Assembly: GCA_963785285.1 (NCBI GenBank)
Contig: CAWAUS010000002.1
Coordinates: 307,847-371,846, forward strand
Direction: 5' to 3'
Length of the DNA: 64,000 nucleotides
DNA from: an uncultured Methanobacteriaceae archaeon
GTDB taxonomy: Archaea > Methanobacteriota > Methanobacteria > Methanobacteriales > Methanobacteriaceae
Shown here: positions 55,538 to 64,000 of the stretch, in pieces
Numbering within the stretch: the stretch's first letter is position 1
Layout: each line of letters opens with the position of its first letter
Notes under the pieces: generated by a model
Told to the model about the DNA's origin: nothing
What the model saw: only the letters and a program-made list of their open reading frames with translations
Databases searched by the model: none
Made by a program: the position numbers and the translations under genes

Positions 55538-55751
55538 TTAAATTAATTTTATGAACAATGTTTATTAATTTACAACTTATCATTGAATATGTTGTACAAT
55601 CTTATATAATTAATGATTTAATGTGAATTAATTTTCATATAAAAAATAACATTATTTTAGTTCAATTTAACTAAAGTTTAAAAATAAATCATCATTATAA
55701 CTTTAAGTAAAATAAAAAAAATAAAAAAAAAGTTTTATTTAATGTTTGTAT

Positions 55752-56444
55752 TTATTCCATGGATTCAGAGAATAATAGACCTATAGATCTAGCTTGGAAC
55801 ATTGTTAGGTAAGCACCACCTAAGAACCAAACAAGGAAACCTATGAGGATAATCAATAGAATAGCTCCTACTATACCAATGACAAATCCTGCGATAACTG
55901 TAGTTATCAATATTGCTATTATCCAAAGTATGTAGTTTCCCCATCCGACTGTGCTGATTCTTTCTAGTATCTCGCTAAATCTGAATGCTGCTCCGATTTC
56001 GCTGTCGTACAATGCCATATTCACTATGGCTGGATAGTATATTAATAAGACTAGTATTTCAACTAAAAAACCTATTAGCATAAGGACCAGTGATAAACCG
56101 GACATTGCAGTAAATGGCACGTAGTATGAGTATCCTGAACTGTAGTCTATAGTTGCTGCTGGTGCTGCAAGGATTCCTGCTAATATAAATAAAATTATTG
56201 GTACTATCATGTAAACAATACCCACAATGAGTATTTTTATACCATCAATAAACAGTTCTCCAAGATCATCAAATCCTGGCACCTCATCAATACCTGCTAA
56301 GGTCGATTTTATGATTCTTAGCATATATCCTGCACTCATAAAGTTCACGATTGGAATTATGGATATAACAGTCAAAATTAATATTTTTGTCCAATCATTT
56401 AAAGGATATTTCAAAGAATTGGTTATATTATCAACTATGTTCAT
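55752..56444 (-). CDS. DUF4013-family membrane protein
   Basis: 'ISIIPIVNFMSAGYMLRIIKSTLAGIDEVPGFDDLGELFIDGIK' is typical of methanogen DUF4013. Confidence 0.6.
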   Translation of the reverse strand: MNIVDNITNSLKYPLNDWTKILILTVISIIPIVNFMSAGYMLRIIKSTLAGIDEVPGFDDLGELFIDGIKILIVGIVYMIVPIILFILAGILAAPAATIDYSSGYSYYVPFTAMSGLSLVLMLIGFLVEILVLLIYYPAIVNMALYDSEIGAAFRFSEILERISTVGWGNYILWIIAILITTVIAGFVIGIVGAILLIILIGFLVWFLGGAYLTMFQARSIGLLFSESME

Positions 56445-56771
56445 ATTTTTACCTCCTTTTTCTTTTTTTGGCTAAGCCGATACTTTGTATGGTTTTCCTT
56501 TTATATAAGTAATGGTATTAGGGAGGATAAAAAAGAATAATAGTCGTAATAAACATAAAAATGACTTAATTTTATTTTGATAAAGATTAATAATTAATTA
56601 TTACTATTAACATAATTAATGTGCATGATAACATTTAATTACTATGATGCAAAAGATTAACAATACTCTTATTTAATTTATAAAAAAACAAAAAGAAAGA
56701 TTTATGATTATAAAATTAAAAAATACGTGAATTTAAAAAATGAAACTTTTCACATAATGATGGGTGAATGA

Positions 56772-57464
56772 ATGAGATGGGGAATAGTTGTTGTAATAAT
56801 ACTTCTACTTGTTGGGAGTTTTGCTTACATTTCAAGTTTAAGTGGTACTATAGAGCCTGTGGGAAGATTGGGATTTGTAAAATTGGCAAATCCAGATATG
56901 TATCCTGGACATCCACACTCTCAGCTTTTAGCGCAGTATGCAAATGAAAGAGGGTCTGAATGTGCGTTAGTAGTGCATTTTGCAGGAAGTTCAAATTACC
57001 GTCATTATGACGAAAATGGAGTACGTATAATAGAACTTGCATTTATTGATACTCAAGGTAACGGTTCTGCAGGGCAAATTAATTATTTAGACTCACTAAA
57101 AGTAGCTATATTTGGTATTCCTGATGGCAGATACAAATACAAAGCCGATGGAAAAGTATTTAACACTTATGGTGAGGCAATGGATTATGTGTATGAGTTA
57201 GCTAGCGAAAGGGGTCAGGAAGGCCCAATTCCGATGTTATGGCACGGAACAGCCAGAAGCGGAAGCCCTATATTAAATCAAGGGTGCGGGTATCCCCTAT
57301 ATTTCGATATAGTAAGACATGAATATGGTATAATTCCGGCCTATTATTACACACTTAAGGGAATGATTTTACCATACTTTGATTTACCATACAGGAATTT
57401 TGAATTACAGCATGCATCAGAGCTTCAATATTACTACACACATGGAATGCTTAATTATGAATAA
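56772..57464 (+). CDS. secreted hypothetical protein
   Basis: Signal peptide '[22 protein letters not shown]'. No family recognised. Confidence 0.5.
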   Translation: MRWGIVVVIILLLVGSFAYISSLSGTIEPVGRLGFVKLANPDMYPGHPHSQLLAQYANERGSECALVVHFAGSSNYRHYDENGVRIIELAFIDTQGNGSAGQINYLDSLKVAIFGIPDGRYKYKADGKVFNTYGEAMDYVYELASERGQEGPIPMLWHGTARSGSPILNQGCGYPLYFDIVRHEYGIIPAYYYTLKGMILPYFDLPYRNFELQHASELQYYYTHGMLNYE

Positions 57465-57529
57465 TTAAATATCTTTTTTATTTATTTTAAGCATTAAACC
57501 TATTTTTTTAAATTTTTAGTATATTTGCT

Positions 57530-58687
57530 TTAATCTGGTTTTAAACATGAAACTATTTCTTTTAATGTCTCCAGTGGGGCATCTGTTTTTATTCCAATTG
57601 GTTTAAAATGGGTTCTTGATACAAAATAGCCCTTCTTTTTAAGGGATTCAAAAACATCATCCATTCGTGGAGCACTTATTTTTAGATTTCTGCAGATTTC
57701 ATGAAGATCATAAAAAGTTTCAGGTGCATTTGCTTCTTCATAAGCCCTATTAAGAAGCTTCAAGGCCTTTTGATCCTGATTTATTTTGGTAGTTTCCATA
57801 ATATTGAGCATATCTTATTATAAAATTTAGAATTAGGATTTCACCACACCAGAGTGGACCTCCAATATTGAAATCTCCGCCACAAACAGGACAATTTGAA
57901 GGCATTTTTGGAGCTATACCTCTAACTATAATCCTATTAAGACACTTTTTGCAATGTAATATGTATCCTAAGTTTTTTAAGAGATTCATCAGTTATTTTT
58001 GCCCCTTTTTTAATCACTGCATAAATCCTCATGTAATGTTCGCTACTATGTGAGAATTTAACCTCAATGCACTTTTTATATTTGGAGAAAGTCCTTGCAA
58101 TAAATCCTGCAAGGATTCGTAATTCCTACTTCATGACAGTATTCTGTTTTAAGGGGCATTGCACTGTACTTTCTAATACATGGTTCTTTATATGTTCCAC
58201 ATAATGCAGAAGTGTCAGTTGCAGTTGCACAGATCATACCTCCTGCTTTTAAGCTAATTGCAGCAGATTCAAGATAGGGAGAAGGTGTACCAAATGGATC
58301 TATGTCTACAACATCAAATTTTCCCCTGCATTTTCTAAGTAAGATATTTGCATCTTCTTTGTAAACTTTAACATTATCTAAATCGTTCGTTTCAATATTT
58401 TCATTTGCATATTGAACTGCTAGGGGATTAATATCAGTTATAACTACATTAGAAACTTCTTCTATTTCTTTTGCATATCTTATCCCTCTGATCCCACTTC
58501 CTCCAAAGGCATCGCATATGCTGATTTCGTGCCCTAAATCTTTTACATAAGCTTTAATTGCAAGTACAGATAAGTCTCTGTTAAGTTCCATTACAGGATT
58601 GTAAAAAACTGGTGCTTTTGATGATATTTTATCAAATTCGGGAGTTTTTATAGTGATTAATCCTTCATTAATAATTTTATTGTCCAT
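57530..58687 (-). pseudogene. trm1: tRNA (guanine26-N2)-dimethyltransferase Trm1, split over three frames
   Basis: The N-terminal methyltransferase '[18 protein letters not shown]...[14 protein letters not shown]' is at 58076..58687. The Zn-finger middle part '[28 protein letters not shown]' is at 57750..57989. The C-terminal part is at 57530..57811. Confidence 0.75.
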
Positions 58688-58977
58688 AATTTAAACCTTA
58701 TAATTTTTTGAAATAGAATTTTTAAGATTATCGTAAATTGAATGAATTATATTTAAATCTATAATCAATTTTTATTTAACATATTGAAATATGTTCAAAA
58801 AATATCTATAATATAATCTTATAATTTAAATTCTGATTTATTTAGATTGGAATATAATGATTTGTTAGTATTTAAATATGAATTTTTATAATCTATATAG
58901 GTAAAGGAGGAATTGTCATATCAAAAATACCATTTTTACATAATGCAGAAGAAGGGAATAACAATTGGTGGAGATAC

Positions 58978-59829
58978 TTGCTTACTATTATAGCCACATG
59001 GGGTACACAAATAGCTTTGGGTACTATAATAGGGATAATTTTAATGATAGTTCTAATCATGCAAGGCGATTTTTCCATAATTAAATATAATGAATATCTT
59101 TATGATCCTTTTTTCATATTGCCATTATCTCTAGTTGGATTTGCAGCATCTTATATAATTTTATATCTTTGCATACGTTTTATCCATCTTAGAAGCTTCA
59201 CATCAGTTATTACCACAAAAACAAAGATTAGATGGCTGAAAATATTAAAAGGAGCTGGAATATGGCTTGCTATTTTAGGAATAATTACAGTTATATCTCT
59301 TTTAATTCAACCAGAAGGTTACCAGTTTACATTTAATTCAAAAACATTTGGAATTCTTTTAATTATAAGTTTAATAACATTTCCAATTCAGGCATCATTT
59401 GAAGAAGTGTTCTTCAGAGGATATTTAATGCAAGGGTTTGGATTATTAAGTAAAAAGCCAATAATACCATTATTAGCTACTTCTATTATATTTGGGCTTG
59501 TTCACGTAACGAATGGAACTAATATGACCATAAGTATTTTCCCAGTGATTGAAGCGTCTATAATTGGATTAATGTTAGGTATAATTACATTGGGTGAAGA
59601 TGGTATTGAAACAGCTATGGGAATACATATTTTAAACAATATTTATGCAGCACTTATAGTTAGTACCGAAGGCAGTGTGCTTGGTGATGTACCATCTGTC
59701 TTAAGTGCATCATATGATCCGTACAGTAGCATTTTATGGACAATTATTCTCTCTGTAATTGCAATAATGATCATTTTTTGGGGTAAAAAAGATAAATTAT
59801 TGACTATATTTAAATGGGAAGACGTATAA
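58978..59829 (+). CDS. CPBP-family (CAAX) intramembrane metalloprotease
   Basis: 'EEVFFRGYLMQGF...FGLVHV' motifs. The N-terminus is unclear. An upstream TTG/ATG ORF (MQKKGITIGG...) lies in another frame after the AGGAGG RBS. Confidence 0.7.
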   Translation: MLTIIATWGTQIALGTIIGIILMIVLIMQGDFSIIKYNEYLYDPFFILPLSLVGFAASYIILYLCIRFIHLRSFTSVITTKTKIRWLKILKGAGIWLAILGIITVISLLIQPEGYQFTFNSKTFGILLIISLITFPIQASFEEVFFRGYLMQGFGLLSKKPIIPLLATSIIFGLVHVTNGTNMTISIFPVIEASIIGLMLGIITLGEDGIETAMGIHILNNIYAALIVSTEGSVLGDVPSVLSASYDPYSSILWTIILSVIAIMIIFWGKKDKLLTIFKWEDV

Positions 59830-59949
59830 TCTGATTTTTAATGGCTTTCACCATATTTTTATTTCTTCTTCAAAGAGAAATTATATCTTTTAAGAAGAAT
59901 TTAAGGAAGTATTTTGGAATGGGATATATCTGATTTAAACAGTGATTAA

Positions 59950-60534
59950 ATGATTGACATTTTCATTTTAATTATAACAGGCATCATGGCTTTTATAGCC
60001 ACAAATATTGACGATCTTTTTGTTTTAATGATATTTTTTGCAAATAAAGACTATAAAAATGACCAGATTGTTATAGGTCAATATTTAGGGGTTTCTTCTT
60101 TAATTTTAATAAGTACATTAGGTTACTTTTTTAAATTCATAGTGCCAATGTCATTTATTGGTTTATTAGGTATATTTCCAATAATAATTGGGCTGAAAAG
60201 TTTAATTGACTTAAAAAATAGGGATAGGGATGATAAAATAGGTGAAAGTGTAAAATTTAAGAAATCATCAATATTTACTGTTGCATTCATTTCATTTATA
60301 AACGGTGGTGATAATATTGGGGTTTACACACCATTATTTGCTACTTTGGGCACTTATCAATCATTGATTATAGTCGCTGTGTTTCTAATTATGATTGGAA
60401 TATGGTGCTTAATAAGTCATTATTTAACTAATCATGGAGTTATTGGAGATAAAATTAAAAAATATGGTCACGTGATTTTTCCTTTTGTTCTAATAGTTTT
60501 GGGAATATCTATAATATTTTCAAATATATTTTAA
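59950..60534 (+). CDS. CadD-family cadmium resistance transporter-like membrane protein
   Basis: 'IATNIDDLFVLMIFF' and a repeated 'NGGDNIGVY' motif. Confidence 0.6.
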   Translation: MIDIFILIITGIMAFIATNIDDLFVLMIFFANKDYKNDQIVIGQYLGVSSLILISTLGYFFKFIVPMSFIGLLGIFPIIIGLKSLIDLKNRDRDDKIGESVKFKKSSIFTVAFISFINGGDNIGVYTPLFATLGTYQSLIIVAVFLIMIGIWCLISHYLTNHGVIGDKIKKYGHVIFPFVLIVLGISIIFSNIF

Positions 60535-60764
60535 ATTGAAATTTAAACAAATAGTTGAATAATTTTAAAATAAATCTAATTTACTAATTATAAAAAATAA
60601 TAACCTTATTTTGTTCATTTTGCGTTATAATTTTAGAAATATCTAATGCTCTATGGCAGTTTAATATGTTTTAAAAACCTCTACGCTGAGATTATATTCT
60701 ATGAAGAGCTAATTAAATTATAGTATTAATAAAAATAATATAATTAATACATATGGGGTTTAAT

Positions 60765-61187
60765 ATGACATATGAAAAATTATACAGAATGTTAATACAC
60801 GACCATGAAGAGGTTAAAGGCCTATTTCAAGAAACAATAAGTAAAAACGATACTTCCAAGTTCCCAGAAATTAAAAAAGAATTGGAAGTGCACATGATGG
60901 GTGAAGAAAAATTTTACTATCCTAAAGCCAAAAAAATCGATAAAGAATTAGTTGAACATGGAATTGAAGAGCACGAAGAAGCTAAACAACTGCTTAAAGA
61001 ATTAGATAAAATTGACACAGGCAGCAGTAAATGGATGTCCAAATTTAAGGAATTGAAAGAGTCAGTTGAGCATCATGTTGATGAAGAAGAAAGTAAGCTC
61101 TTCCCGGAGTCAAGGGAAGGTTTAAGCGATAATGAAGAAAAAGTAGCTGCTCAAAAGATAGAGGAAGTAAAATCAAAAATGATGTAA
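60765..61187 (+). CDS. hemerythrin-like HHE cation-binding domain protein
   Basis: 'HDHEEV', 'HMMGEEKFYYP', 'HGIEEHEEA' and 'HHVDEEE' His/Glu ligands. Followed by T-runs. Confidence 0.75.
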   Translation: MTYEKLYRMLIHDHEEVKGLFQETISKNDTSKFPEIKKELEVHMMGEEKFYYPKAKKIDKELVEHGIEEHEEAKQLLKELDKIDTGSSKWMSKFKELKESVEHHVDEEESKLFPESREGLSDNEEKVAAQKIEEVKSKMM

Positions 61188-61209
61188 ACCTTCTTGTTTT
61201 TTTCTTTTT

Positions 61210-61623
61210 TTAACTTCCTATAATAAATATTAACGATAATATTGCCCCAATTATTAAAAGCAATGAAATTATTTCTGTTAATAATATAGATGCGCTTCTT
61301 TCTGCATGTTTAGTTTTAACACGGTTCATATTTTTCTTAAAAAGCATAAATGATAATGAAAATACAATAATACTTGCAAATACTCCCCCTAGTCCAGCAT
61401 AGTACGTTAAAATAGATTCGTCTTCTAAATATATGATTCTGGCCATATATAATCCTCCGACAAGAGCACCTAATCCCACAATCATCCAAGAATTAAATGT
61501 TGATTCATAAGTCATTACCTCTAATTTACGGGTTAAATCCACATTTTTTAAAGAAGATTTAAGAGAAGCATCATCATTAGAATTAAGCTTTTTTCTTTCT
61601 TTTTGAATATTTGATTTATCCAA
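61210..61623 (-). CDS. hypothetical membrane protein
   Basis: 137 aa, 3 TM segments. Confidence 0.45.
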   Translation of the reverse strand: MDKSNIQKERKKLNSNDDASLKSSLKNVDLTRKLEVMTYESTFNSWMIVGLGALVGGLYMARIIYLEDESILTYYAGLGGVFASIIVFSLSFMLFKKNMNRVKTKHAERSASILLTEIISLLLIIGAILSLIFIIGS

Positions 61624-61728
61624 GAAAAACCTCCAGAAAATTAATTAAAAATATTACTTGTATATATATAAATATTATTTTCCACAAATATAAATAAATT
61701 AATATTTATTTAAGATGGAGGTGTCTTC

Positions 61729-62127
61729 ATGAAAAGCCCTGATTTAACAGTAGATATAATTATAACATGTGATAATGGAGATATTGTTCTTGTTAAAAGG
61801 AAAAACGAGCCATTTAGTGGTTCTTGGGAATTACCTGGGGGGTTTGTTGAATACGGCGAAACAGTAGAATCAACAGCTATTAGGGAAGCAGAAGAAGAAA
61901 CAGGTTTAGAAGTAGCCCTTGAAGGCATAGTTGGTGTTTATTCTGAGCCTGATAGAGACCCGAGAAGACATATTGTTTCTGTATGTTTTAAAGCTAAAAA
62001 AATAGATGGAAAATTTGATTCTGATGGTGAAATATTAAAAGCCAGAGCATTTAATAAAGATGAAATTCGTAATATGAATCTTGCATTTAACCATATAGAA
62101 ATGCTCAAAGATGCATCAGTAATATAA
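61729..62127 (+). CDS. NUDIX hydrolase
   Basis: 'GGFVEYGETVESTAIREAEEETGL' Nudix box. RBS GGAGGTG. Confidence 0.85.
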   Translation: MKSPDLTVDIIITCDNGDIVLVKRKNEPFSGSWELPGGFVEYGETVESTAIREAEEETGLEVALEGIVGVYSEPDRDPRRHIVSVCFKAKKIDGKFDSDGEILKARAFNKDEIRNMNLAFNHIEMLKDASVI

Positions 62128-62261
62128 CCTTAAAATTAACTTTTTATTTTTAATCATCAAAATTAATCATATAAATTCATCGATTAAATTGAACATAAAA
62201 ACAATTTTATTTTATATTTACACATTATATAATAAGAATAAAAATTTAAAGATGATTTATT

Positions 62262-62798
62262 ATGGTTAATGATGAAATAGAACTTGAATTCGATGGAAAA
62301 AAGGTCACTTATACAGAATATAAACTCATCACAAGAAAATTCATTGAAAAACAAGTACATACGATTGAAGAATTGCAAGAATTATGGGTTGATGATAATA
62401 AAAGGCGTAAACTCATAGATATGCTTCAGGAAATGCAGATTGACATTAATTTCATAAAAGAAACCGAAAATAGTGAAAAATCTGACACTTTTGATGTGAT
62501 AGCAAACATGATATTTGAGGCACCTTTAATAACACGAAATGAGCGAGCAGAACAATATATCGAGGCCAATATTGATGAAATAAGTCAGAATGATAATGAA
62601 GTTAAAGAGATTATTCTCAGGATTTTAGAAAAATACAAAAAAGGCGGAATCGAAAATATTAATCTTAGAATTCTGCTTAATGAGGATATGCTTCAAAAAA
62701 ATGCTTATAATATTTTAAAAAGTAAGTTAGGATCTCTAAATGTTGCTAAATTGTTTAGTGACATCAAAATAGGACTTTATAAAACTAAAATTTCTTAA
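62262..62798 (+). CDS. stand-alone type I restriction enzyme R-subunit C-terminal domain (EcoEI_R_C-like) fragment
   Basis: 'KKVTYTEYKLITRKFIEKQVHTIEELQELWVDDNKRRKLIDMLQEMQIDINF...DTFDVIANMIFEAPLITRNERA' matches the HsdR C-terminal domain. No helicase/nuclease part, hsdM or hsdS is present nearby. Confidence 0.55.
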   Translation: MVNDEIELEFDGKKVTYTEYKLITRKFIEKQVHTIEELQELWVDDNKRRKLIDMLQEMQIDINFIKETENSEKSDTFDVIANMIFEAPLITRNERAEQYIEANIDEISQNDNEVKEIILRILEKYKKGGIENINLRILLNEDMLQKNAYNILKSKLGSLNVAKLFSDIKIGLYKTKIS

Positions 62799-62871
62799 TT
62801 TTTAATTTAAAATAAATGTTTTTTTGAGAATTTAAAAAAATAAAAGAAAATAAAAGGAGTAATGCTTTTAC

Positions 62872-64000
62872 CTAGAATGGTAATGAGGCATAATAACCTT
62901 TTATTGTTGCTGTTGCAGTACTCCAATTGTTAATAACACCGAAAGTGTTGGAGTTACTTGATGCATCTGCATAGTACCATTTACCGTTCACATAGACTTG
63001 AGCAATAACGTGTCCATACCAGTTACCACTTGAAAATTTAGCATAAACATGCTCGTATCTTGCAGGTATTCCTGCTGCACGTTCAAGAGCAATTACAAGG
63101 TGGGAAGTATCCACACAGTTACCTGTTCTTGCATTTAATGCACCTACTGCACCATATTTGGTGTTATAGTAGAACGAGTAACTTAAGTTATTTTTTACCC
63201 AGTTGAATATTGCTGCTGCTTTATCATATGTAGATGTTTTACCTGCAGTTATTGAAGCTGCTAATGCTTTAATCTGTGAATTAGTAACTTGACAGTTTGC
63301 AGTTGCCGCAAGATATTTCTGTAACTCTGCTGGCACAGGTGTACTTGAACTTGCTGGAGTTGAAATTGTGCTCCATGGAGCTACTGAAACAGTGCTTGGT
63401 AATCTGTTGTTTGTGTCTTCAAAACTTAGAACCTTTGAAAACAGGTAAACTAAGGATTCATATCTTATTTCACCTAAAGAGGTGGTTGCATGATTTGGTA
63501 TTTTACCATTTGCGTCTATGAAAGCCTTGATTCTTTGTGCAAGATCTAAATATCCTGCCTGTGTTAAATTACCGCTTTTTATAGATTCAGTTGGTGTTGC
63601 TGGAGTGCCTATATCTTTTAGTGATATTGGCATTTTTGCCCCGTTATTGAGTTCTATAGTGCCTATAAGCAATAGTCTTAGGAAATCTTCAGGGTTTATT
63701 CTGGTTGTACCTACAGTTACGTAGCTTGGTAATTTGTGGTTTGTTTCAACGTACTTTTTGACGTTCGCTGCTGCTTTCTGAATCTGATCTAAACTGAATA
63801 TTGTTGTCGCTGTTCCATTTGAAGTTGATGGTGAAATCTTAAATGCTGAATCCATTGAAACGTAATTTGGTAGTTTACTGTTGGTATTGTAGTAACCGAA
63901 TATCTTTGCAAACATGTAAACTAAAGATTCATAATTAATTTTCCCCAAATTGCTTGAAGCATAACTTGGAGCGTTATTTTCTGAATCAATAAATGTATTT
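62872..64000 (-). CDS. pseudomurein-binding-repeat protein with C-terminal transglutaminase-like cysteine peptidase domain (Pei-like), 5'-partial
   Basis: At least three PMBR units ('INYESLVYMFAKIF...NSKLPNYVSM', '...NHKLPSYVTV', 'IRYESLVYLFSKVL...NNRLPSTVSV'). C-terminal 'GNCVDTSHLVIALERAAGIPARYEHVYAKF...YGHVIAQVYVNGKWYYADAS' Cys-His core. The frame remains open to the window edge. Confidence 0.75.
   Translation of the reverse strand, partial: NTFIDSENNAPSYASSNLGKINYESLVYMFAKIFGYYNTNSKLPNYVSMDSAFKISPSTSNGTATTIFSLDQIQKAAANVKKYVETNHKLPSYVTVGTTRINPEDFLRLLLIGTIELNNGAKMPISLKDIGTPATPTESIKSGNLTQAGYLDLAQRIKAFIDANGKIPNHATTSLGEIRYESLVYLFSKVLSFEDTNNRLPSTVSVAPWSTISTPASSSTPVPAELQKYLAATANCQVTNSQIKALAASITAGKTSTYDKAAAIFNWVKNNLSYSFYYNTKYGAVGALNARTGNCVDTSHLVIALERAAGIPARYEHVYAKFSSGNWYGHVIAQVYVNGKWYYADASSNSNTFGVINNWSTATATIKGYYASLPF

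Noticed and set aside
58893-59078. 61-aa minus ORF overlapping the CPBP protease start
   Set aside because: Antisense to the RBS/start region of a well-supported membrane protease.

Overview
AT-rich chromosomal segment from a methanogenic archaeon of the order Methanobacteriales, with dense coding on both strands (about 85 features). Order-level placement rests on a complete 15-gene energy-converting hydrogenase B operon (ehbA to ehbO, 16169 down to 6913, minus strand) that includes the 14x[4Fe-4S] polyferredoxin, plus ftr, a CofG-like F420 radical-SAM enzyme, GTP cyclohydrolase MptA, Trm1, and a pseudomurein-binding-repeat / transglutaminase-like (Pei-like) protein at the right edge. Other content: an AMP-ligase / hypothetical / GMC-oxidoreductase trio at the left edge; a PadR-linked flavin redox island; argG, nnr, proC and an HDAC-family gene; a K+ channel (TVGYGD filter plus RCK) with three tandem ~130-aa C-terminal repeats; trkH-trkA; two tandem Hsp20 genes; a Spore_YtfJ / DUF2953 / Spore_YtfJ triad; a PAS histidine kinase and a multi-PAS protein; an orphan type I restriction HsdR C-terminal fragment. 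The clearest RNA feature is a tRNA-Trp(CCA) with a ~73-nt intron that encodes a box C/D sRNA whose D guide pairs with the anticodon loop (predicted Cm34), followed by tRNA-Cys(GCA). A striking global property is that at least 12 otherwise conserved genes are split across reading frames, several at visible homopolymer runs: GMC oxidoreductase, ehbN, ehbH, trkH x3, nitroreductase, PAS protein, mptA, trm1 x2, and three small ORFs. This indicates either indel-type sequencing errors or ongoing gene decay. No CRISPR array, rRNA, transposase or integrase was detected.
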